Below are positions 8,372 to 17,320 of a DNA stretch of 59,841 bases, one piece after another. A program made the translations under genes and the position numbers. The notes beneath the pieces were generated by a model. The model made no database searches. It was given only the letters and a program-made list of their open reading frames with translations, and was not told where the DNA came from. This DNA comes from Candidatus Microgenomates bacterium (GTDB lineage Bacteria; Patescibacteriota; Microgenomatia; JACQLA01). Within the stretch, counting starts at the first letter, position 1. Each line of letters starts with the position of its first letter. The stretch covers positions 250,088 to 309,928 of the forward strand of contig JACQLA010000003.1 of the NCBI GenBank assembly GCA_016204255.1. Direction: 5' to 3'.

Positions 8372-9742
8372 CTAACTTTTTACCTTAATTTTAGCCCCTT
8401 GCGCTGTGTCTTCAATCAGATAACCCCGTCTCTCAATTTCTTCGCGCACATTATCTGCTTCATCCCATTTCTTCTCTTTCCTTAATTTTTCCCGCTCATC
8501 CAATAGTCGTTGAATTTCCTGCGGTACTTGCCGGGCCTTACCTAAAAATCCGGAAAGACCCAGGCCTAAAACCTCGTCCATTTTTAAAAGAGAGGCGGCT
8601 TTGGCTGAAGGTGGATAATCCGACTTTATAAGTTCCCAAACGACCGAAAGTGCCTGGGGAAGATTTAAATCATTATTTATGGCTTTGAGAAAATTTTCCT
8701 CAAATTCGGCACAACCGATTTTCGGCTCATCCCAGGAGGAAATTTCTTCAATTAAGGACAAAAAAGCGTTGTGAGCAGCACCCAAAGATTCCCAGGTGAA
8801 ATTTAAGCGCGTCCGATAGTGAACTGTTAGACATAAATAACGAAAATCCAAAGCTTTAAAACCTTTTTTTTCTAAATCTTCCAGACGGTAAAAATTATTT
8901 AATGACTTGGCCATCTTTTGGCCATCAACCAAAAGATGCTCGCCGTGCATCCAAAAACGGGCCAAGGACTTCCCATATGCGGCTTCGGATTGAGCAATCT
9001 CATTATTATGATGAGTCGGAATGTGATCCACGCCGCCAGTGTGAATATCAAATGGCTGACCTAAATATTTAGCCGACATCGCCGAACACTCGATGTGCCA
9101 ACCGGGAAAACCCTTACCCCAGGGACTATCCCATTGCTGAAGATGAGAAGGACCTGCCTTTTTCCAAAGAGCAAAATCATAAGGATGTCTTTTCTCGCCA
9201 CGAACAGGCACTCGCGCCCCTGCCTTTTGTTCTTCTACATTAAAACCACCAAGTTTAGGGTAACCCTCAAATTTAGTGATATCAAAATAGATGCCGTCAG
9301 AAGTTTCATAGGTATAACCTTTTTCTTCCAAAATTTTTACCAAATCAATCATTTCCTCAATATGGTCTGTGGCGTGAGCAACAATTTCGGGTTTTTCAAT
9401 ATTCAGCTCTTTAACCAACAACCAAAAGTCGTCTTCAAAAAATTTGGCGATTTCTTTCGGAGTCTTACCGGCCTTTCTGGCGGCAATTTCAATCTTATCC
9501 TCACCCAAATCCGCATCGGATACCAAATGACCCACGTCCGTAATGTTCATAACCTGTTTAACTTTGTAATTATTGAATTTGAATGTTCGTCTTAAAAAGT
9601 CGGCAAAAACGTAAGTGCGGGCGTGGCCAATATGGGCGAAGTTATAAACTGTAGGGCCGCAGGTGTAAATTTTTACCTCATCGGGATTAATTGGTTTGAA
9701 CTCCTCTATTTTTCTGGTTAGGGTGTTGTAAAAAGCTAACAT
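8372..9742 (-). CDS. cysS: Cysteine--tRNA ligase
   Basis: YTCGPTVY..HIGH, GFPGWHIECSAM, DIHTGGVDH and KMAKSLNN motifs. Confidence 0.98.
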   Translation of the reverse strand: MLAFYNTLTRKIEEFKPINPDEVKIYTCGPTVYNFAHIGHARTYVFADFLRRTFKFNNYKVKQVMNITDVGHLVSDADLGEDKIEIAARKAGKTPKEIAKFFEDDFWLLVKELNIEKPEIVAHATDHIEEMIDLVKILEEKGYTYETSDGIYFDITKFEGYPKLGGFNVEEQKAGARVPVRGEKRHPYDFALWKKAGPSHLQQWDSPWGKGFPGWHIECSAMSAKYLGQPFDIHTGGVDHIPTHHNNEIAQSEAAYGKSLARFWMHGEHLLVDGQKMAKSLNNFYRLEDLEKKGFKALDFRYLCLTVHYRTRLNFTWESLGAAHNAFLSLIEEISSWDEPKIGCAEFEENFLKAINNDLNLPQALSVVWELIKSDYPPSAKAASLLKMDEVLGLGLSGFLGKARQVPQEIQRLLDEREKLRKEKKWDEADNVREEIERRGYLIEDTAQGAKIKVKS

Positions 9743-9745
9743 AAA

Positions 9746-10150
9746 TTAGCCCGAGACATTTCCTTTTCTCTCCGGACCTTTTCTTTGCGCCATCAATTTT
9801 GGCGTCGGTAATTTCTTTTGTTCTTTTTGTTCAAGTTCCAGCATCTCAATTTGTTTTTCTCTTTGTTGCTGCTCCTGAACTGTCGGCTGCGGTGGTGGCG
9901 GCTGATTAAAAACAGCCATCTGTTTGCGCACAAAGGCCAATTCTTTTACTTTTTTTTCTTCATCCCCTTTGGTCAAATCCTGGATTTTGGCTTCGGCCTC
10001 ATTTTTCTCTTCCGGTGTTTGGGGCTTTACTCCGGCTTGCTGACCAGCCGTCGCCGCTATCTTGCCCGGCTCACTGGCTATTTGTTTAGCCGTCTGTTTC
10101 CCAAACTCACCCAGCTCATCTAAAACATCGCTAATAATTTGTTTCGGCAT
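9746..10150 (-). CDS. Hypothetical charged protein (probable start MPKQII)
   Basis: ORF track; the upstream extension to 10243 looks non-coding-like. Confidence 0.7.
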   Translation of the reverse strand: MPKQIISDVLDELGEFGKQTAKQIASEPGKIAATAGQQAGVKPQTPEEKNEAEAKIQDLTKGDEEKKVKELAFVRKQMAVFNQPPPPQPTVQEQQQREKQIEMLELEQKEQKKLPTPKLMAQRKGPERKGNVSG

Positions 10151-10244
10151 AATTTTATGCTTATGGCTGATAGCTCGTAGCCAATAGTCAATAATACAAT
10201 TAAATCTCTTCCGTTGCCATACGCCACCTACTACGTACCACACA

Positions 10245-11471
10245 CTATTTTATGGGGCTCATTTCTCTTAATTGTTTCACAATTGGTGGAAAAACTTCAA
10301 GAAAATAATTAACTTCTTCCTCGGTATTATCTTTACCCAAAGAGATTCTTAATGATCCATGCGAAAGTTCAATTGGTGTTCCACACGCCAGGATAACATG
10401 CGAAGGTTCCAGCGTCCCCGAGGTACACGCTGAACCAGAAGAAACCGCAATGCCTTTTTCATCAAGTTTTAACAATATTGATTCCCCTTCTGCCCCATCA
10501 ATCACAAACGAAGCGATATGCGGTGCTCTCTGTTTTGGATGGCCGGTTAATCTTGCCTTGGGAACATTTTTTAAAACCCCATCGATTAAACAGTCTCTTA
10601 ATTTTTCAATTTTTTTTGTCTCTGATTCATGTTCTTTCACTAGCTGGATGGCTTTTCCTAAACCGACGATACCCGCGACATTTTCCGTTCCGGCGCGCAG
10701 ATTGAATTCCTGCCCGCCACCATCCATTTGTCGAACCAGAGGCGTCCCTCTTTGTGCGTATAAAACACCCACCCCTTTTGGGCCATAAAACTTATGCGCT
10801 GATAATGAAAGCAAGTCAACACCCAAATGATCAACACGACAGTCAAGATATTGGACTGCCTGGACGGCATCGGTATGAAAATAGATACGTTTTAAGCCAT
10901 TATTAAATCTTTCGCGATTGACCTCTTTAATCATTTGTCCAATTTCAGTAATCGGCTCAACCGTTCCAATTTCATTATTAACACACATTATCGAAATCAA
11001 AACAGTATTATCTTTAACGGACTTGCGAATTTCTTCCACGGACACTAATCCGTATTTGTCAACCGGAAGCCAAGTAACTTCATAACCTTGTTTTTCTAAA
11101 CTTTTAGCCGTATCCAAAACGCAATGATGTTCAATCGGTGAAACGATTATATGAGGCGTTTTTCCCTGGTCCGGACAGGCCGCCCCGCAGATTGTGCAGC
11201 GATGAAAAGATTGACAAAGCCCCTTAAGGGCCAAGTTATTAGCTTCTGTCGCGCAGGAAGTAAAAATTATCTCCCGGGGAGTGCAGCCCAAAAAACCAGC
11301 CAAATTTTTTCTCGCTTCCTCAATCGCCTCTCTGGCTTTTTGCCCCGGCGAGTGCAAAGACGAAGGATTACCACACTCCTCTGTCAAAAACGGAAGCATC
11401 GCTTCACGTACTTGCGGATCAACTTTTGTTGTTGCGGAATTGTCAAAGTAAACAAGTTTGTTTTTTCGCAT
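10245..11471 (-). CDS. iscS: Cysteine desulfurase IscS/NifS
   Basis: YFDNSATT, HTDAVQ, LSAHKFYGPKGVG, RAGTENV and VSSGSAC motifs. Confidence 0.96.
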   Translation of the reverse strand: MRKNKLVYFDNSATTKVDPQVREAMLPFLTEECGNPSSLHSPGQKAREAIEEARKNLAGFLGCTPREIIFTSCATEANNLALKGLCQSFHRCTICGAACPDQGKTPHIIVSPIEHHCVLDTAKSLEKQGYEVTWLPVDKYGLVSVEEIRKSVKDNTVLISIMCVNNEIGTVEPITEIGQMIKEVNRERFNNGLKRIYFHTDAVQAVQYLDCRVDHLGVDLLSLSAHKFYGPKGVGVLYAQRGTPLVRQMDGGGQEFNLRAGTENVAGIVGLGKAIQLVKEHESETKKIEKLRDCLIDGVLKNVPKARLTGHPKQRAPHIASFVIDGAEGESILLKLDEKGIAVSSGSACTSGTLEPSHVILACGTPIELSHGSLRISLGKDNTEEEVNYFLEVFPPIVKQLREMSPIK

Positions 11472-11491
11472 AGCTCAAAAATAAATCTTCT

Positions 11492-11719
11492 TCATTTTTC
11501 GATTGATTGATTCAACTCATCTAAAAGATTTTCTAAATCTTCACCGACAACCCCATGACTCAAAGCGCCTTCTTCTAGAGTTTCAAAAGAAGCCACATGG
11601 CAACCGGCACAAGGCAAACCATATTTAAAAAAAATTTCGATCGTTTGAGGATAACCGGTTACAATTTCGCCTAATTTCATCCTGGAAGTGATTTTTGATT
11701 TTTTAATTGTTTTTTTCAT
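11492..11719 (-). CDS. DUF1858 domain protein
   Basis: YGLPCAGCHVASFETLEEGALSHG motif. Confidence 0.85.
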   Translation of the reverse strand: MKKTIKKSKITSRMKLGEIVTGYPQTIEIFFKYGLPCAGCHVASFETLEEGALSHGVVGEDLENLLDELNQSIEK

Positions 11720-12120
11720 TCTAAAACCTCCTTAAGACTTACGGAATCTAAAGCATTAAGAAAACTTTTTTGAATCCTTTCCCAAGCTTTTTTACTTCGG
11801 CAGAATCCCTCGCTTGGGCAAACCAACCTAACCTTTTTCGCAACACAATTCACGGGCGCTAAATCTCCTTCCAGGGCCTGAATTATTTCCTTAAGAGTTA
11901 TCTTTTTTGGATTTCGCGAAAGCAAATATCCCCCATGAGCCCCGCGTTCAGCATGGACAAGCCCATGACGACGTAGAAGAATCATAATTTGCTCCAGATA
12001 ATCATGGGAAATTTTTTTATCCTTAGCAATCACCGATAATGGCAGGGGGCCCCGACCCCAAAAAGCAGCCAGATCCGTCATCACCTGTACACCATAATGA
12101 CCCTTACTTGTGATTTTCAT
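11716..12120 (-). CDS. Rrf2-family regulator (IscR/CymR-like, 3 Cys)
   Basis: YLEQIMILLRRHGLVHAERGAHGGYLL and C-x8-C-x5-C; probable start MKITSKGHYG at 12120. Confidence 0.93.
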   Translation of the reverse strand: MKITSKGHYGVQVMTDLAAFWGRGPLPLSVIAKDKKISHDYLEQIMILLRRHGLVHAERGAHGGYLLSRNPKKITLKEIIQALEGDLAPVNCVAKKVRLVCPSEGFCRSKKAWERIQKSFLNALDSVSLKEVLE

Positions 12121-12159
12121 AATTCCTACCATTTTAGTCAGAATTAATAGTGCTGTCAA
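12121..12159 (-). promoter_or_regulatory. Sigma70 promoter overlapped by an Rrf2/IscR-type operator
   Basis: TTGACA-17-TAAAAT-10 nt-ATG; the imperfect palindrome AATTCTGACTAAAATGGTAGGAATT covers the -10. Confidence 0.75.
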
Positions 12160-12308
12160 GAGTAAATGTTATCAAGTAAAGGTAGGAGGTGTATATCAAA
12201 ACTTTCACTCAATGAAATGGGTTTTAATTAGAAGTAGAATTTGAATAAGCTCCCGCCATATTGGACGCCGGAAGACGCTTTTCTATTTTACAAACTAATT
12301 GATGCATT

Positions 12309-12890
12309 ATGAAATCTGAGGTTTTGCAGCCTGTTTCTCGCTTCTTTCACGATATTAAAGCGGACTGGATGGCTCAATCGGTTCAGAAAGAATCAACAAA
12401 TGAGTTTAATAAACTGCGAAGCGCCGTAGATCCCAGCTCCCGGAAAATTCTAGATAACTGTCAAACTTATGTGAGTTCCTGGTATTTGAATTACAAACTT
12501 CGGCGGGAGGAGTTTAAAATTACTCCTCAGGAAAGAGTCATTTTTGACTTCTCCCTTTTACTTTATGCCGTTAATGATGTCGTCGCTGATGAAAAACAAG
12601 ATGTTGAATTGGTTAGCAATTTAAAACAGACCATCGCTGGTGCCCGGGAAGAATATTGGAAGCGATGTTTTTATGATGAGGGTATAACGGCAAATCAGGA
12701 AACAGAAAGATATTTTTTAGCTATTGATCAAGCCGCCCACAATATTCATCTTGAAATTACCAATCGAGAAATCGCTGAGCTATATAAAAGTAGTCGCATT
12801 AAAAATGCTTCTGAGGTAGCTCGAGATAACATAGCAGATGCCAGAACCAATTTTTGGCCCCTTTATACCCGACCCCTACCGATTATTTAG
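12309..12890 (+). CDS. Hypothetical protein
   Basis: ORF track; fills an intergenic gap; no motif recognised. Confidence 0.65.
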   Translation: MKSEVLQPVSRFFHDIKADWMAQSVQKESTNEFNKLRSAVDPSSRKILDNCQTYVSSWYLNYKLRREEFKITPQERVIFDFSLLLYAVNDVVADEKQDVELVSNLKQTIAGAREEYWKRCFYDEGITANQETERYFLAIDQAAHNIHLEITNREIAELYKSSRIKNASEVARDNIADARTNFWPLYTRPLPII

Positions 12891-13546
12891 GCGGCCAAAG
12901 TTTTCAAGTCAAAACCCCTACGGGTTAAAACCAACGAATAAACTGTTAAATCGCTCTGGGGTCGCTTGACAATCATGCAATAAATATCTACAGACGAATT
13001 GATTGGTTTCTTTGCCTTATAAACTTTCATATCTATTTCTTCATCCTCAATCGCAACTACAGGTTCCTTTTCTTTTCCTAACGCAGAAAAAATTAGGTCT
13101 TTCATCGCTAGATCTTTTTTTGAATCCCAGATAATTGATTCAGGCTTCTCCCCCTTTTGAAAAAAAATAGTATCCCAACCTTTCGGCCTGTCATAATTAA
13201 CACCACCTATGGCAGCTGCGGCAGAAGGCCACATTTTAGAATCAATTGCCCACGCCAATTCTTTTTTAAGATGTTGGACGGAGGTAAGTTTAAAACGATC
13301 GCTTTTTCCATCAATTCCTTCCTCAAGAAGACTTAAAAAATTAGCCATTTGCTTTAAAAGACCTTCGCGTCTATTCCCGCTATAGTCGGGGAAATCGTCA
13401 AGAGGTACATCGTCCGGTGTCAAAGATAAGTCTATTGGAATTGATTCGCCACCTAGTTTTATTGAGAATTTAAACTTTCCTTCGGGCTTTTTACAAGCTC
13501 TTCGGAATTTTTCTTCAATTAGAGAAGGAGCAACTTCTTCAACCAT
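12887..13546 (-). CDS. Hypothetical protein
   Basis: ORF track; starts directly after recR; no motif recognised. Confidence 0.7.
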   Translation of the reverse strand: MVEEVAPSLIEEKFRRACKKPEGKFKFSIKLGGESIPIDLSLTPDDVPLDDFPDYSGNRREGLLKQMANFLSLLEEGIDGKSDRFKLTSVQHLKKELAWAIDSKMWPSAAAAIGGVNYDRPKGWDTIFFQKGEKPESIIWDSKKDLAMKDLIFSALGKEKEPVVAIEDEEIDMKVYKAKKPINSSVDIYCMIVKRPQSDLTVYSLVLTRRGFDLKTLAA

Positions 13547-13549
13547 AGA

Positions 13550-14155
13550 TCAAAACTCTCTCCTTCCTTCCAAAGCTCGGCTTAGAGTAACTTCGTCCGC
13601 ATATTCCAAATCCCCACCCACCGGTAGTCCCCGACCAATGCGGGTGATTTTAAGCGAATCGGCGAGGGCAAGATTTTTAAGTTGATTAGTAATATACATT
13701 GCGGTTGCCTCTCCTTCCATCGAAGGATTAGTCGCCAAAATTATCTCATCAACACCATTTTTAACTCTCGGGAAAAGTTCATGTATATGCAGTTCATCCG
13801 GCCCGATATTATTTAGGGGGTCAATCGCCCCATGTAAAACGTGATAAAGACCTTTGAAACTTCCCGTTTTTTCCAATGCTAAAAGATCCAACGGCTCCTC
13901 CACCACACAAATCACAGAGGAATCTCGCTGAGGGTTTTGACAAATTGGGCAAGGGTCTGTTTCTGAAATATTGAAACAAGTTAAGCAAATTACCGTATCT
14001 TTCTTAAGATTCTCCAAAGCCTGGGCGAAATCTACTAATTGCTCCTGAGGTACATGCAGAAGATAAAAAGTTAAACGGGCGGCGGTTTTGGGACCGATAC
14101 CCGGTAAACGCTCAAACGATTCAATTAACTTCTGTATCGCTTTTGGTAAAATCAT
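13550..14155 (-). CDS. recR: Recombination mediator RecR
   Basis: LPGIGPKTAARL, CxxC..CxxC zinc finger, EIILATNPSMEGEATA motifs. Confidence 0.98.
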   Translation of the reverse strand: MILPKAIQKLIESFERLPGIGPKTAARLTFYLLHVPQEQLVDFAQALENLKKDTVICLTCFNISETDPCPICQNPQRDSSVICVVEEPLDLLALEKTGSFKGLYHVLHGAIDPLNNIGPDELHIHELFPRVKNGVDEIILATNPSMEGEATAMYITNQLKNLALADSLKITRIGRGLPVGGDLEYADEVTLSRALEGRREF

Positions 14156-14221
14156 GATTTCTGCAGCCAGTCCTTCCCTATAATTTAGAAATGTCCCCCA
14201 TATCCACTACTCCCGTCTATT

Positions 14222-14251
14222 ATTACTCTAATGATATGTATTATTAGAGTT
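14222..14251. repeat. 30-bp direct repeat, copy 1 (operator-like palindrome)
   Basis: TATTACTCTAATGATATGTATTATTAGAGT; 29/30 identical to 14704-14733; internal IR ACTCTAAT..ATTAGAGT. Confidence 0.85.
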
Positions 14252-14257
14252 TTGCTG

Positions 14258-14704
14258 TTAAAATGCTTTCCTCTTTTTTCCCTTTCCTTTTTCGTGATTT
14301 CTTCGCCAATAAGACCAATCACTCCCTTTAGATGGCGGTATTTTACTTACTAAGAAATCCTCGATCTTTTGCCAAAAGGCGTCAATCTTCTCATCGCGCA
14401 GAATCTTATCCACCATTTTTTTATAGCCCCTGCCGGAATACTTTAAGTTTAGGCTTACAGAGGATATTGTTGTGGGCGTAACTCTTAAGATTTTTGTGAT
14501 TGAGGGGTAAGTGTATCCTTTTGCCAAAAGCACCGCAATCGATAGACGCTTTGCCAGCATTATTTTCTCAACCGGAGAAAAAAAATCTTCTAAAAAATCT
14601 TCGATTTCTGAACCATCCTTGAGGTTAGCGATGGTGATTTTAAAAACTTCAAACATTCTTTTCTCTACATCCTTATGAATCGGATATTTAGAAACTTGCG
14701 CCAT
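14258..14704 (-). CDS. TrpR/YerC-like helix-turn-helix protein
   Basis: FLEDFFSPVEKIMLAKRLSIAVLLAKGYTYPSITKILRVTPTTIS motif. Confidence 0.85.
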   Translation of the reverse strand: MAQVSKYPIHKDVEKRMFEVFKITIANLKDGSEIEDFLEDFFSPVEKIMLAKRLSIAVLLAKGYTYPSITKILRVTPTTISSVSLNLKYSGRGYKKMVDKILRDEKIDAFWQKIEDFLVSKIPPSKGSDWSYWRRNHEKGKGKKRKAF

Positions 14705-14742
14705 ATTACTTTAATGATATGTATTATTAGAGTGGTTGTCAA
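14704..14742 (-). promoter_or_regulatory. Promoter of the TrpR-like gene, containing direct-repeat copy 2
   Basis: TTGACA-17-TATCAT-9 nt-ATG; the repeat (14704-14733) covers the -10 and the start. Confidence 0.75.
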
Positions 14743-14788
14743 TCATTTGCGCGGGGTAGAACTTCAAGCGCATTTTGCGTCAGACGGC

Positions 14789-15697
14789 TTATACACTGCC
14801 CATAATCGCTTCGGCAATCAGCGGGGCGACAGAAACAATTTCCAGTTTGTCGGCCTTTTTTTGTGGAATGGTGTCAGTAATAAAAAGTTTATCAATAAAA
14901 TCCTGGCCGGTGATTTTTTCAATTACTTCCGGCACTACTAAATGGGTCAAGGCAGCCATGATTTTTTGTGCTCCACGTTCTTTCAAAAATTTTGCGCCAT
15001 TAATAATCGTTCCGCCAGTAGAAGAAAGGTCATCAAACATAATTACGTTTTTTCCAGACACATCCCCTTCCAATCCCGTTGTCATTGGCCTGTCCTTTTC
15101 GGCATAATTCCTTCGCTTTTCCAAACAGGCTGTGGTCAAACCTAAATCTTTTGCAAGATTTTTTACCTGCGTCAAGGCCACCTCATCGGGGCCGACTGCC
15201 ACCCATTGCCCCTTTTCTTCTTTAAGGCTTGCAAATGCCTTGGCAAAAACGGAAACAGTAGAAAGATGCTTAATTGGAATTTTAAAAAAGTCCAGAATAT
15301 TTAAACTATGTAAGTGAATAGTAATTAGCTCTTTAAAACAGGCGCCTTCAATGAGATTAGCTATCACTTGAGCCGAGAGAGCTTCTCCGTCCCGAAAAAT
15401 TTTATCCTGGCGGGCATAACCATAGTAAGGGACAACTGCTATCATTTTTTCCGGTTTCCCCCGTCTTAAGGCATCAGCTAAAAGTAAAAATTCGACTAAA
15501 TTTTCATCCACTCGCGGGGAAAATGGCTGAATTAAAAAAACAGTCTGATCTTTAACTTTTTCTTCCACCCAAACCCGCGACTCGGTATCGGCAAAGCGGA
15601 TGATTTCTACTTTCCCAAGCTCCACTCCAAGTTCTTTAGCTATTTTACTAGATAACTCAGGATTAGCGGTGCCGGAAAAAATTTTAAAATTCGCCAT
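14789..15697 (-). CDS. prs: Ribose-phosphate pyrophosphokinase
   Basis: FSGTANPELS, PYYGYARQDK and MFDDLSSTGGT motifs. Confidence 0.95.
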   Translation of the reverse strand: MANFKIFSGTANPELSSKIAKELGVELGKVEIIRFADTESRVWVEEKVKDQTVFLIQPFSPRVDENLVEFLLLADALRRGKPEKMIAVVPYYGYARQDKIFRDGEALSAQVIANLIEGACFKELITIHLHSLNILDFFKIPIKHLSTVSVFAKAFASLKEEKGQWVAVGPDEVALTQVKNLAKDLGLTTACLEKRRNYAEKDRPMTTGLEGDVSGKNVIMFDDLSSTGGTIINGAKFLKERGAQKIMAALTHLVVPEVIEKITGQDFIDKLFITDTIPQKKADKLEIVSVAPLIAEAIMGSV

Positions 15698-15723
15698 ATA
15701 GTTAATATAGCACTTTTGGCCGG

Positions 15724-16248
15724 TTAAAATTTTATTAAGGAAATAATCTTGTAACCTTTCAAGACTTCTCGTGGATTTAGATATGTTAGCTCGTTTAAAA
15801 AAAGCATTGCCGCCACCTTACCTCCGGCTTTTTCTACAAGTCTTGCTGTCGCTTTAGCAGTCCCCCCAAAAGCCACCAAATCATCAACGATTAAAACTCG
15901 TTGACCTTTTTTAATATCATCGACATGAATTTTAACCCCATCAGTCCCATATTCAAGCTTATAAGTTTCTTCCACTGTTTTTCGTGGCAAAAGCTTATTA
16001 ATTTTCCTTACGGGAATAAAACCTACTTTTCTTTTGTAAGCAATAATCGGCCCAAAAATAAAGCCGCGGGAATCAATCCCGCAAACTACGTCAAATTCTA
16101 AATTTTTAACTTCCTCCAGCATTTGGCTAACAGTAGCTGTCAAATACTTGGGATCTAAAAGTAATGGAGTTAAATCGCGAAAAATTACTCCCTTTTGAGG
16201 AAAATCAGGAACATCGTAAATTTTATCTCGCAGATTAACTTTTTTCAT
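15724..16248 (-). CDS. apt: Adenine phosphoribosyltransferase
   Basis: [25 protein letters not shown] and [13 protein letters not shown] motifs; ATGA overlap with the mtnP stop. Confidence 0.95.
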   Translation of the reverse strand: MKKVNLRDKIYDVPDFPQKGVIFRDLTPLLLDPKYLTATVSQMLEEVKNLEFDVVCGIDSRGFIFGPIIAYKRKVGFIPVRKINKLLPRKTVEETYKLEYGTDGVKIHVDDIKKGQRVLIVDDLVAFGGTAKATARLVEKAGGKVAAMLFLNELTYLNPREVLKGYKIISLIKF

Positions 16249-17039
16249 ACCCGTGCTCCAGCAAGCGCTTTGCCACAATCACATTTTTTTTCATTTGGCC
16301 ACTGAGTAATCATTTTATAAAGAAGTTTTTGTGCTTTTTCGTTGTTTTCTTTAAAAACTTTAGTGAACTCTGCCACCGAGACCGGTTTAATTTTTTCCTG
16401 AGCCAAAACACCGGCGTCATAATCGGTCACCAAAGCAATTGCAGCATAGCACATTTCAAGTTCCCGCGCTAAACTAACTTCCGGATATTGAGTCATGTTT
16501 ACCACATCCCATCCCATTTTAGTAAACCAAAGGCTTTCGGCGGCAGTCGAAAACCTTGGTCCCTGAATGACAACCACCGTTCCTTTGGGATGAATTTTTA
16601 TTTTTTCTTTCACCCCCACTTTTTGCGCAAGCTCTGAAAGATGGGCGCAATAAGGATAAGCTGTAGAAACGTGCGTTGTGATCGGACCATCATAAAAAGT
16701 GTCATGGCGGGCACTTGTCCGGTCAACAAACTGATTTAAAACGACAAAATCGCCTCTTTTAATTTTAGCCTGCAGCGACCCGCAAGCAGTTACAGTTACG
16801 ATTCTTTCAATCCCTAAAGATTTCAAGGCAAAAATATTGGCCCGATAATTAATTTTGTGGGGAGGAAATTCATGATCTTTTGAGTGACGGGGTAAAAAAA
16901 CCACCTTTTGATCTGCAATTTTGCCAACCGCGACCTTCCCGGAAGGAGGACCGTAGGGAGTTTCAACTTTTATCTCTTCAGCTTTATCAAAAAGTTTATA
17001 AAATCCTGATCCGCCGATTACGCCGATTTTAGCTAACAT
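16245..17039 (-). CDS. mtnP: S-methyl-5'-thioadenosine phosphorylase (PNP family 2)
   Basis: [34 protein letters not shown] and VTDYD motifs. Confidence 0.92.
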   Translation of the reverse strand: MLAKIGVIGGSGFYKLFDKAEEIKVETPYGPPSGKVAVGKIADQKVVFLPRHSKDHEFPPHKINYRANIFALKSLGIERIVTVTACGSLQAKIKRGDFVVLNQFVDRTSARHDTFYDGPITTHVSTAYPYCAHLSELAQKVGVKEKIKIHPKGTVVVIQGPRFSTAAESLWFTKMGWDVVNMTQYPEVSLARELEMCYAAIALVTDYDAGVLAQEKIKPVSVAEFTKVFKENNEKAQKLLYKMITQWPNEKKCDCGKALAGARV

Positions 17040-17041
17040 TT

Positions 17042-17320
17042 TTATCCCCCTAACAGCCCGCCTAATCCCCCTGACATTTGCGCGAGTTGCCGGGCAGCCA
17101 CTTCCTGAGCCTTTTTAATTGCTTCATTTACCGCGTCTTTTATGTCGTCATCCGAACGACCATTGGTCTCGATTTTTTGAATTTTTTGTTCACCGGTGAT
17201 AACAATATGGACGCCGTTTTTATCTACTTCGATAATTTCCTGGGCCAATTGTTTTTGAATCTGCATGGCCTGATCACGCATTTTTTTAAGTTCACCGAGC
17301 TGCTTAAATTTATCAAACAT
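17042..17320 (-). CDS. ybaB: YbaB/EbfC nucleoid-associated protein
   Basis: Position after dnaX; QAMQIQKQL..AVNEAIKKAQE pattern. Confidence 0.9.
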   Translation of the reverse strand: MFDKFKQLGELKKMRDQAMQIQKQLAQEIIEVDKNGVHIVITGEQKIQKIETNGRSDDDIKDAVNEAIKKAQEVAARQLAQMSGGLGGLLGG

